From an uncultured bacterium (GTDB lineage: Bacteria; Verrucomicrobiota; Verrucomicrobiia; Verrucomicrobiales; DEV007): a DNA stretch of 64,000 bases. Location: positions 64,001-128,000 of the forward strand of contig CAXBMO010000017.1 of the NCBI GenBank assembly GCA_963977015.1, given 5' to 3'. The notes under the pieces were generated by a model. It did not search any database. It saw only the letters and a list, made by a program, of their open reading frames with translations, and was not told where the DNA came from. The position numbers and the translations under genes were made by a program. Shown here one piece after another: positions 37,675 to 46,382 of the stretch (within the stretch, counting starts at the first letter, position 1; each line of letters starts with the position of its first letter).

Positions 37675-38194
37675 AATTGCTTAGTTTTTAGGTTAGGTTC
37701 ACAACCCAGAAAGACGACATCGAGGGGAGGAAGTGCTCTTCCTGCTATTCGCAACAGCGTCAATCTGGCTCCAAATGACTAAGATCTGTAAATACCATAT
37801 CTACTCTGATCTCAGTCCTGAGTTATTATAGTAATATCCGCAAATCTGCAACTCAGTTTTTGAATTTTTGTAATTTCACAACAGGGAATTACTACCGTAT
37901 TTGATTCTTTTATTACATTTTTGACACAAAAAGGACATTATTGTCATTTTTTAGACACTTTCCGGTATACCTGTAGCTTTTCGCCATTACCGCGAACGAT
38001 CAGATTTACCCATTCAATTGGATTCCAGAAAATAGACTCGGCGTCTGCCTCTCTGAAAAACCTCCACTCGCCTCCAAGATGAGTGCGTTTCCGTAAATCG
38101 AAATTCCTCCAATCCCTGCAAAAATAGTTAAGACATTTTAAGAACCTTCCTTTGACAGTGGAAGGGATGAAGGTTCAAGAGTTACTGCTTACCC

Positions 38195-39928
38195 ATGAGA
38201 TCGGCCATTCTCCAGATCCTCAGTGATAGTGGTTGCACGGACGTGAACAAAGTTCGCGACTTGGCTCGCACGTCCTCTCAGGGCCTTTCTTCGCTGAACG
38301 AGTCCATCCTTTCGGCTGATCTGGTGGAGGAGGAAAATTTCCTGGAGAAGGTGAGCCACCACTTCAAGATGGATTGGCTACCGGAGCCAGAGCCGGATCT
38401 CGATCAACGAAAAGCCCTTCAAAAGGCCTGCAAAGCCGGGGTGGTCGTTCGACACCGCATTCTTCCAATCCGATTTGAGGGGGATCCTGACGATTCCTCC
38501 GCCAAACTCATCATCGCAACGTCCGATCCTTTCGATGTGGTAACCCGCCAGATGGCGACGCGAGAGTTTGCCTATCCCCTGCGCTGGGTGTTGGCGCCGC
38601 AAAAAAGAGTCCTGGAAGGAATCCAGGCGCTTTATGGCGTTGGGGCCGATACCTTCGAAGCCATTCTGGAGGGAAGAAGCGATTTTGACTCCAATTCTGA
38701 TCTCAAAGAGGAAACCACGGACCTCGATGAGAACGATGCCGAGGCTTCGGTCGTCCGATTTGTGAACGACATCATTCGTGATGCCCTGAACCAGCGCTCG
38801 ACGGACATCCATTTGGAGCCGTTGAGCCATGACTTGAGAATTCGCTACCGAATTGACGGAGTTCTTCAGGAAGTTCCGGTTCCGGAGCAAATCAAGACGC
38901 TTCAGTCTTCCGTCATTTCCCGGCTCAAGGTCATGGCTCGCCTGGATATTGCCGAGAAGCGAAAACCACAGGACGGCCGGATCGCGTTGCAACTCGACGG
39001 CAGATCGATCGACGTCCGGGTCGCCACCATCCCATCCGTAGAAGGGGAAAGCATCAGCCTCCGATTGTTGGGACAGGAATCCTTCAGCCTGGATCGACTG
39101 GGATTGATCGAGGCTCACCAGAAAACGATCGACCAGTTGCTGAAAGAGCCAAACGGCATCGTTTTGGTGACGGGACCAACGGGTTCGGGAAAATCGACAA
39201 CGCTTTATACGTTCCTATCAGCTCTCAATGATGGCAGTCATCGTATTGTCACGGTGGAGGACCCGGTTGAGCACAAGTTGCCGGGAGTCATCCAGATCGC
39301 CGTGAAGCCGGACATCGACCTGACTTTTGCCGCCGGATTGCGAAGCATTTTGCGGGCAGACCCGAACGTCATCATGGTGGGGGAGATTCGCGACCTCGAA
39401 ACGGCGGAAATCGCGATTCGATCCGCACTGACCGGTCACCTGGTTTTCAGCACGCTTCACACCAACGACGCCATCGGCGGAATTACCCGCCTCGTTGATA
39501 TGGGCGTTGAGCCTTTCCTCGTCGGAGCATCAGTCCGCGCCTTCATCGGCCAGCGTTTGGTCCGCCGCCTCTGCCCGGATTGCCGGGTTCCCGCCAATTA
39601 TTCGACCCCTGAACTTGATACCGTGGAGTTTCCGTCAAATCTGCGGACGGACGGGAATCTGCACACGGCCAAGCCCGGCGGGTGCAAGTCCTGCCGTGGA
39701 ACGGGTTACCGTGGGCGCATCGCTATTTTCGAGATTTGCCGGATATCCGAAGCCCTCCAAGATCTGATCGTCGGGCAAAAACCGTATGCCTCACTCCGTC
39801 GGCAAGCCGAGGCGGAGGGATTCATTTCGATGCGCCAGTATGGCTGGATGAAAGTCGCGGAAGGCGAAACCACGTTGGAAGAGGTTGTGAGCGCGACTGC
39901 GGACGAACGAAACGCCGGTCCCAAGTAG
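38195..39928 (+). CDS. gspE: Type II secretion ATPase
   Basis: TDIHLEP, RKPQDGR, VTGPTGSGKSTT, TVEDPVE, ILRADP, STLHTND; CPDC/CKSC zinc site. Confidence 0.93.
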   Translation: MRSAILQILSDSGCTDVNKVRDLARTSSQGLSSLNESILSADLVEEENFLEKVSHHFKMDWLPEPEPDLDQRKALQKACKAGVVVRHRILPIRFEGDPDDSSAKLIIATSDPFDVVTRQMATREFAYPLRWVLAPQKRVLEGIQALYGVGADTFEAILEGRSDFDSNSDLKEETTDLDENDAEASVVRFVNDIIRDALNQRSTDIHLEPLSHDLRIRYRIDGVLQEVPVPEQIKTLQSSVISRLKVMARLDIAEKRKPQDGRIALQLDGRSIDVRVATIPSVEGESISLRLLGQESFSLDRLGLIEAHQKTIDQLLKEPNGIVLVTGPTGSGKSTTLYTFLSALNDGSHRIVTVEDPVEHKLPGVIQIAVKPDIDLTFAAGLRSILRADPNVIMVGEIRDLETAEIAIRSALTGHLVFSTLHTNDAIGGITRLVDMGVEPFLVGASVRAFIGQRLVRRLCPDCRVPANYSTPELDTVEFPSNLRTDGNLHTAKPGGCKSCRGTGYRGRIAIFEICRISEALQDLIVGQKPYASLRRQAEAEGFISMRQYGWMKVAEGETTLEEVVSATADERNAGPK

Positions 39929-39929
39929 A

Positions 39930-41156
39930 ATGCCCCAGTTTTACTACGAAGCGATTCAACCGGATGGGAGCAAGGTCAAAGGAACGGCCGAAGCTTCCAA
40001 TCGCGGTGAGGCAATGCAGTCTCTCAATGCGCAGGGACTTCAACCGTTCGTTCTCAAGGACAGTCAGGCGAAGCCGGGAACCTCGACTCCCACTTCCGAT
40101 AACGGGGGACAGATTCGACTTCGCAATCGCGACGTCATTGAATTCACCGAGGAACTTGGCGATCTGCTTCACGCTGGCCTGCAATTGGAACCGGCTTTGG
40201 GGGCAATGGCGGAACGCGATGACCAATCCGCGCTCAAACGGGTGATTGATCGCAGTGTCGAATCGCTTCGCGAAGGCTTGAGCTTTTCCGAGGCTCTCAG
40301 CAAGGCGTCGCCGAGTTTCGGCCCGATGTATTGCTCGCTGGCTCAGGCCGGGGAAGTCAGTGGCTCGCTGCCGAAGATTCTGCGCCGCCAGGGCGAACAT
40401 CTCAAAGTGATTCAGGAATTGCGATCCAAGGTCGTTACCTCCCTCACCTATCCGGCATTTCTTCTGATTTCGGGAATCGCGCTCTGCATTCTCTTCATGA
40501 CGTATTTGATTCCGCGGCTCGCCGAGATGTTGGACCGAAGTGGAGCCAAGCTTCCACCTCTCGCCTCGGCGCTCATCGCCATCAGCAACTTCATTCGTGA
40601 AGACGGACTCTTGGTCCTCGGAATTCTTGCTGTTGTCGGCGTGGTTGGCTGGCGCCTCCTCTCGTCCAAGGCATTTCGTCCCCACTGGGATCGAATTCAG
40701 CTAAAGCTGCCGTTCGTCGGCCCATTGCTCACCATCTACTTTCAGGTTCGCTTTCTTGAGACCATGGCCAATCTGCTGCAGAACGGAATTCCGCTTCTCA
40801 GAGCCTTGGAGTTGGTGCAGAACTCCTCCCAAAACCTCTTCATCCGGGAGAAACTCGCCAAAACCGTTGATCAAGTGACCGATGGAATGAGTCTGTCGCG
40901 CTCGCTCCAGCAATCCGAGTCATTTCCCAGACAATTGACGGACATGCTTCGAATTGGTGAGCAATCCGGGCAGCTTGGAGAAAAGCTGAGTCGAATCGCC
41001 GAAAAGTACGACCGGGAATTCTCGCAGAGGATCGCAAATATCAGTGCACTAATTCAACCTGTTATTATATTAATGATGGCAGTACTTGTAGGAACCATGG
41101 CTTATGTCATGATTTCTGTAATATACGACACCGTCTCGACCCTGCGTTCGCGATAA
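39930..41156 (+). CDS. gspF: Type II secretion inner-membrane platform protein
   Basis: Two GspF repeats (AGEVSGSL, IGEQSGQL), TYPAF TM, C-terminal TM. Confidence 0.92.
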   Translation: MPQFYYEAIQPDGSKVKGTAEASNRGEAMQSLNAQGLQPFVLKDSQAKPGTSTPTSDNGGQIRLRNRDVIEFTEELGDLLHAGLQLEPALGAMAERDDQSALKRVIDRSVESLREGLSFSEALSKASPSFGPMYCSLAQAGEVSGSLPKILRRQGEHLKVIQELRSKVVTSLTYPAFLLISGIALCILFMTYLIPRLAEMLDRSGAKLPPLASALIAISNFIREDGLLVLGILAVVGVVGWRLLSSKAFRPHWDRIQLKLPFVGPLLTIYFQVRFLETMANLLQNGIPLLRALELVQNSSQNLFIREKLAKTVDQVTDGMSLSRSLQQSESFPRQLTDMLRIGEQSGQLGEKLSRIAEKYDREFSQRIANISALIQPVIILMMAVLVGTMAYVMISVIYDTVSTLRSR

Positions 41157-41186
41157 CGATTTCAACTCTGATCCCTATCATTCCGG

Positions 41187-41624
41187 ATGAAAACTTCAAT
41201 CAATCCCCCCTCAAGTAACACCCAGTCAGCCATGACACTGATGGAGATGATGCTGGTTCTGGCGATCATTGCGCTCCTTCTGGGATTGGGTGCCTTCAAG
41301 ATGAAGAACGTTCTCTCTGATGCTGACGTGACCGGTGCAAGCGCCGACGTCGAGAACATTGAGACCAATCTGGTCCGCTACAAGGCCAAGGCGATGTTCT
41401 ATCCTACCGAAGAACAGGGGCTCATTGCATTGGTTGAGCCTCCCACCAGCGGGCCGAAGCCAAGGACCTGGACGCAATGCCTCGAAAAGGAGGCCCTCAT
41501 TGATCCCTGGGGAAATCCCTATCAATATCATTATCCTGGGCGAAAGAACTCAGACAGCTATGACGTCTACTCGATGGGACCAGACGGGAATCCAGGCACC
41601 GAAGACGATATTGGGAACTGGTAG
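41187..41624 (+). CDS. gspG: Major pseudopilin
   Basis: A|MTLMEMMLV, YPTEEQGL, DPWGNPYQY, YSMGPDG...DDIGNW. Confidence 0.95.
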   Translation: MKTSINPPSSNTQSAMTLMEMMLVLAIIALLLGLGAFKMKNVLSDADVTGASADVENIETNLVRYKAKAMFYPTEEQGLIALVEPPTSGPKPRTWTQCLEKEALIDPWGNPYQYHYPGRKNSDSYDVYSMGPDGNPGTEDDIGNW

Positions 41625-42069
41625 TCAGCCGCGCCAACCGGCCGCGTTTACGCTGCTGGAGGTCGTCATCGTCATCTCGATTATGATGGTGTTGATCGGA
41701 ATTGCCGCAGTCAGCTTCCGGGGCCTCGACCAAGAGCAGGTTCTCACTCGTTATGCCGTCGATATTCAGGACCTGGCAGGCCAGGCGCGACGCACCGCAA
41801 TCTCAGAAGGTAACCCGGTTTTTTTGCAGGTTGGAACCAGCGCCGTTCGCGCTCGGGACTACCAACTTCCATTTGCCGATTGCACCCTGGAGGTTCGCCG
41901 CTGGGGGAGCACCAAGTGGGTCTCTCCCGCCAATTTTGCGTGGCGGTTTGAGCCCAACGGCGTTTGCGAGCCCATTGGACTGCGAGTGATCCGAGGCGAC
42001 GCTTCTTACGAAATGCAGTTTCATCCGCTCACCGCGATGCCGCAGGAAGAACGATTATGGATTCCGTAA
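41611..42069 (+). CDS. gspH: Minor pseudopilin, GspH-like (TTG start inferred)
   Basis: A|FTLLEVVIV N-methylation motif, ARRTAI, FEPNG; follows gspG. Confidence 0.75.
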   Translation: MGTGSQPRQPAAFTLLEVVIVISIMMVLIGIAAVSFRGLDQEQVLTRYAVDIQDLAGQARRTAISEGNPVFLQVGTSAVRARDYQLPFADCTLEVRRWGSTKWVSPANFAWRFEPNGVCEPIGLRVIRGDASYEMQFHPLTAMPQEERLWIP

Positions 42070-42476
42070 GCCCCAACCTTCGCCGTTCCCGGAATACCGG
42101 CGTCGCCTTGCTGGAAGCGATGCTGGCGTTGGCCGTTTTTGGGCTCGTCACGGTTTCCCTGGTCGGGGCCCTTCGCAGCATGAGTCTTTTGACGATCGAA
42201 TCCGCGCAGGAAGCTCACGCGGTTCAAGCAATGCGAACCCTGATGGAGCAACAACTGCATTCCCAGGAAGTTGAGCCGGGCGTGACGCGAATCGGGCCTG
42301 ATGAGTTGGGAGTGAGCTATCAGGTCAACATCAATCCTGAAGTCTCAATCATCGATGGGAATGGCATTGCGCTTCCAGATCTCTACCAAATTGAAGTGAT
42401 TGCGGCCTGGAAAGAAGGAGACCGAACCCAATCTCGCCGCGCTGAAACCCTCAAGAATGCCCTGCTCTATCCATAG
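42057..42476 (+). CDS. gspI: Minor pseudopilin, GspI-like
   Basis: G|VALLEAMLALAVF motif; size and gene order. Confidence 0.7.
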   Translation: MDSVSPNLRRSRNTGVALLEAMLALAVFGLVTVSLVGALRSMSLLTIESAQEAHAVQAMRTLMEQQLHSQEVEPGVTRIGPDELGVSYQVNINPEVSIIDGNGIALPDLYQIEVIAAWKEGDRTQSRRAETLKNALLYP

Positions 42477-43113
42477 ATCGAATCAGTCCGGATTTACCCT
42501 GATTGAAATTTCTCTGGCGGTCGCCATCACCGGGATTTTGCTGGCCGGCGTCTATCAGGTTGCGCGGACGACCTTTGAACTGAGCAGTGACGTCAAACAG
42601 GTTCAGGCGCTCGAAACCACGCGGACGGCGTTCGTCGATTTTGTTCGTCGCGAGCTTCGGCATTTGCCGGCGGAAGCAGGCCTCACCCATCAGGTGGAAC
42701 TCAACGATGACAAGGCCTTCTCCGCTTTAACCGTCGAAGGCGCACCCACGGCGTTTGGATTTGGAGCCGCAGCCGGGTTCAAGCGGATTGAACTCGTTTC
42801 CGAACCCGAATTGGGAGGAACGCTCCGGGTCCTGCTTCGCTACCATCAAGAGGATTTGCTCAACCCGCTGGAGCTCCCGCTTCTCCAGAATCTGACCACG
42901 TTTGAGTGGCAATTCTATGATTCCAGCCTCGGTGAATGGTCACCCATCTGGATCAATCCCGGTCGCCGCCCAAGTCAGATCGAGCTGTTGCTCGGTTTCA
43001 GCGGTGAAGCTCCCCGTCGCTACGTATTCTGGAGCCCACAGATAATTCCGCCACAGCTGTTGCTCGATTTGCGCGATACGACCCCACCTCAAGAAGAGGA
43101 GGAACAACCATGA
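42457..43113 (+). CDS. gspJ: Minor pseudopilin, GspJ-like
   Basis: G|FTLIEISLA; FYD..W..W..RP..IEL C-terminal pattern. Confidence 0.78.
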   Translation: MPCSIHRSNQSGFTLIEISLAVAITGILLAGVYQVARTTFELSSDVKQVQALETTRTAFVDFVRRELRHLPAEAGLTHQVELNDDKAFSALTVEGAPTAFGFGAAAGFKRIELVSEPELGGTLRVLLRYHQEDLLNPLELPLLQNLTTFEWQFYDSSLGEWSPIWINPGRRPSQIELLLGFSGEAPRRYVFWSPQIIPPQLLLDLRDTTPPQEEEEQP

Positions 43114-44045
43114 ATTGGCATCCTGCCAACACGAAACGCGGTTCATCGTTGCTCGCGGTTTTTTGGCTGCTCGCGATTTTGAGTTTTGCGGTTTTTACGA
43201 GCCTGAACTTTGTCGTCGGTCAGGTCGAAACGCAATCGACGCAAAAACAGGCATTTCGAGCCGAGCAAATGATCGAGCGAGGATTGGCCATTGCCGCGCA
43301 CCCCAATGTCATTGAGGGGAGTCCTCTCCTGACATTCGAATCGACCGATGACTTTGAATCTCTCGAAGTCAGCTTGAGAAGCGAAGCGGCGCGCTTCAAT
43401 CTCAACACCTTGCTCCTGAACGAGGAACGGGAGCTTCTCGAGAGTATTTTTGGATTTTGGGGCCTCGGCATGGGGGAGACGGCAGATTTGATCGACCGAT
43501 TGATGGATTGGGTTGATGGCGACGATCTCGTGCGAGCCAGTGGCGCGGAACGCGATGCCTACGAGGAAGCCGGTCTCATCGGTCTTCCCTTCAATCGCCC
43601 GTTCCAAACTCTGGACGAAGTTTCACAAGTTCGCGGCATGGATGCGGTCAGCGCTCAATTTCCCGAATGGCGCGATTGGTTCACGCTTTGGAGTTCAACC
43701 GGCCAACTGGACCTGAATGCGGCCGCCTCCCCGCTCATTCAAGTCGCCTGCGGCTGTTCGCCCATCGCCGCGGACCAATTCATTCTTTCCCGAAACGGGC
43801 CGGACGGAATCCCGGACACCGAAGACGACCTGCGTTTTCAGACACTGGACGATGTCTTGTCTCTTTTGGGAGCCACGGGGTTGCCGCCGGAGCAGATTTC
43901 ATCGCGATTAACCTTCAGAGAGCCGGTGAAGCGGGTTGCGATTGTGGCTTTGGTAGGGAACTATGGGGCGCGTCGCGACGTCGTTCTCACCAAGGGCAAC
44001 GGCGAGCTGAGATTCCACTATTGGCGCGATTCCGTCATTCCATGA
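43110..44045 (+). CDS. gspK: Minor pseudopilin GspK
   Basis: G|SSLLAVFW without Glu5, RFNLN, LMDWVDGDD, NRPFQTLDEV, LDLNAA. Confidence 0.9.
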   Translation: MNWHPANTKRGSSLLAVFWLLAILSFAVFTSLNFVVGQVETQSTQKQAFRAEQMIERGLAIAAHPNVIEGSPLLTFESTDDFESLEVSLRSEAARFNLNTLLLNEERELLESIFGFWGLGMGETADLIDRLMDWVDGDDLVRASGAERDAYEEAGLIGLPFNRPFQTLDEVSQVRGMDAVSAQFPEWRDWFTLWSSTGQLDLNAAASPLIQVACGCSPIAADQFILSRNGPDGIPDTEDDLRFQTLDDVLSLLGATGLPPEQISSRLTFREPVKRVAIVALVGNYGARRDVVLTKGNGELRFHYWRDSVIP

Positions 44046-45253
44046 GTTCCACCACTTCAGCACAAACGCTTCTCTTTCCTGGCTCGCAGGACTGGGAACC
44101 TTGGGTTGTCGATAAGCAGGGCCGCTGGATTCCTGCCGCCAAGGGCGCGTCCTTCTCGGAGGTCAGCGTCATGGCAATCCCGACGCGTTCCCTGTGCGCA
44201 TTTCCGCTGACAGTGGCCTCCGACGATCCTACGGTCGTGAAAGGCATGATTCGCGTTCAGCTGGAGAGTCGCGGCATCCTTCTCAACGAATCCGACACGG
44301 AAACGATCAGCTATCTGAAAGTTTCGTCGAACAGGGACCAAATTCAGATTCTTGCGTTCGCCCTTCTCGATCACCAAGTGAACGATGGATCGACCGAAGC
44401 GGATGAATTTGAGCCATCAGCTTATTTTCATGCCGTTCCGGAAGATGGAATTCTGCTTTGGCGAGAACTAGGCCACTGGGTCGCGATGTTTGCCCGCGGA
44501 AAACAGCCGGCCCATGTGCAAAGTCTCTCCCAGCCGGAACTGAATGAAGACGCGATTCAGGAAATCCAGTCGATTCAGGAAGGATTGATTCTTCAAGAAT
44601 TGATCGATTCCCCGAAAGTCGTCGAAATCGTCAAGACGGATACGCTTGGGCCGGAAGAAGTGGCTTTGGTCGGGCTCAACTTCAAAACCGAAGTTCGCGT
44701 TCGGGAACGTTCGCCCCTCGCCAAGGTGGAAACCAAATCACAGCTTGTTCCCGAGTCCGTCGCCGAAGCTCGCCGATCACAGACCCTGAAAAAGCGCATC
44801 ATTTGGGGAATTGCGGCCGCGTTTGGGCTCTACGCGATTTTCCTCGGCGCATGGGCCGCCCAGCTCTGGATGAAGGATCAAGAGATCGTGGCGCTGAAGG
44901 AAACCGTCGAGGAATTGGAACCTGAGGCGAGCAAAGTTCGCCAGGCGCGCCTCGAAGTTGAAGAATTGCGCCCTTCGTTCGACTACCGACTTTTTCCCAT
45001 CGAACTCTTCAATCGCTGCGTTGAAATTCTACCGGAGGAAGGGATTCGATTGACCCACTTTGAAATCTTACCCGGCTCGATCGTGCTCCGGGGCGAAGCG
45101 AGCAGTTCGACGGCCGCCGTAACCTGGAAAGCCCGCCTTCGCAGCAGTGATTCCTTCCGCGAATACCGTTGGGATTTCCCTCAGCCCGCTATTCTGCAGG
45201 ACAATCGCGCCGTTTTTACCGCAACCGGAATTTTACCAGGCTTTGAAGAATGA
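44042..45253 (+). CDS. GspL/PilN-like assembly-platform protein
   Basis: Cytoplasmic domain, one TM, coiled coil, LPEEGIRLTHFE..LRGEA; follows gspK. Confidence 0.7.
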   Translation: MSSTTSAQTLLFPGSQDWEPWVVDKQGRWIPAAKGASFSEVSVMAIPTRSLCAFPLTVASDDPTVVKGMIRVQLESRGILLNESDTETISYLKVSSNRDQIQILAFALLDHQVNDGSTEADEFEPSAYFHAVPEDGILLWRELGHWVAMFARGKQPAHVQSLSQPELNEDAIQEIQSIQEGLILQELIDSPKVVEIVKTDTLGPEEVALVGLNFKTEVRVRERSPLAKVETKSQLVPESVAEARRSQTLKKRIIWGIAAAFGLYAIFLGAWAAQLWMKDQEIVALKETVEELEPEASKVRQARLEVEELRPSFDYRLFPIELFNRCVEILPEEGIRLTHFEILPGSIVLRGEASSSTAAVTWKARLRSSDSFREYRWDFPQPAILQDNRAVFTATGILPGFEE

Positions 45254-45780
45254 TGAAGCGCTTCAACCAACGCGAATTGATTCTGCTGGGAGCGTTTTTG
45301 TTGCTCATTGCCTTTGCCATTCACACGGTGATTGCCGGGGCACTTTCCAAACGCAATAGCAACCTGCAAGCTGAACTCCGCGAGCTAACGCTTCAAAAAG
45401 TGGAAGCCGAGACCCTGCTTGAGGAGCGCAAGTTCTGGATCCAGCAGCATCAATGGGTTCAGCAACATCAACCGCAGTTCGTTTCAGATGAGGAGGCTGA
45501 AAAGGAGCTTTTGAAGCTGGCGGAATCCGCCGCCACCCGGTCTCTCAAAGTCAATCAACGGGAATTGCTTGAGATTCAGCGCAATAGCCAGTTCATTGAA
45601 GCGGGAATGCGGCTTCAAGTTTCCGGCGAACTCAAGAATTTGATCAGCTGGCTCCATCAGGTCCAGGATCCGCGCCAATTTCGCGAGGTTCGTGACTTTA
45701 CGATCACCCCGGACAAAACGGATGAGTCGCTGGTCAATTGCAGCCTTTCCTTCTTCCGTCGCTACCGAGATCCATCATGA
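45250..45780 (+). CDS. GspM/PilO-like protein
   Basis: NQRELILL plus TM, coiled coil, VSGELKNLISWL. Confidence 0.7.
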   Translation: MMKRFNQRELILLGAFLLLIAFAIHTVIAGALSKRNSNLQAELRELTLQKVEAETLLEERKFWIQQHQWVQQHQPQFVSDEEAEKELLKLAESAATRSLKVNQRELLEIQRNSQFIEAGMRLQVSGELKNLISWLHQVQDPRQFREVRDFTITPDKTDESLVNCSLSFFRRYRDPS

Positions 45781-46304
45781 AACCTTCCGCAGTTTTCCTC
45801 CTCGTTATTGGAGCCGGCATCGTTTCCTCGTTTGCCCAGGAGTCCTGGAGCCCCACCTATCCAACGTTGGAGCGTTACCGGGCAACTTGGGAAAAAAGTC
45901 CTTTTGATCGCGACACGGTAGCCTCGGTACAGCCCAGTTTTGCCGAGGACTATGCACTCACCGGAATTTCTCGAATCGGAGACGATTGGACGATCCTGCT
46001 CGTTGATCGCAAGACCCGGAAATACCTCCCCATCAGCAGTAGCGACAAAAACAGCGAACTGAAAATCGTCGAGGTCTTTCCGAACAGCGACCGGAGACAG
46101 GCCAAGGTCAAAATTGCCAAGGGAAAGCAGGAAGCAATCTTGAACTTCGATCCCAACTTCAACCAGCCAATCGGCGGGAAAAAGGCCAAGCCCAACGCCC
46201 AACCCGAGGCGGTGGAAGTGAAAGCGGCAGAGCCCCCTCCGAAGCGCCTGAAGTTGCGGATTCCGAAAAAAGACGAGGCCGTATCCAAAAAGCCTGCCGG
46301 ATAG
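45777..46304 (+). CDS. Hypothetical exported protein in the GspC position
   Basis: Signal peptide SFA|Q; RY..WEKSPF, YALTGIS, K/P-rich tail; coupled to the upstream gene by ATGA. Confidence 0.6.
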   Translation: MKPSAVFLLVIGAGIVSSFAQESWSPTYPTLERYRATWEKSPFDRDTVASVQPSFAEDYALTGISRIGDDWTILLVDRKTRKYLPISSSDKNSELKIVEVFPNSDRRQAKVKIAKGKQEAILNFDPNFNQPIGGKKAKPNAQPEAVEVKAAEPPPKRLKLRIPKKDEAVSKKPAG

Positions 46305-46382
46305 CTAAAAACCCTGCCGATCAACGGGTGACATTTGTCTTGCGACATTAGGAATTCATCTTAATGTTAAGACATCTTTACT

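Noticed and set aside
41335-41610. Long N-terminal extension of the GspH-like ORF (similarly 43667-44041 and 54050-54139)
   Set aside because: Overlaps the upstream gene or terminator; motif positions support the later starts.
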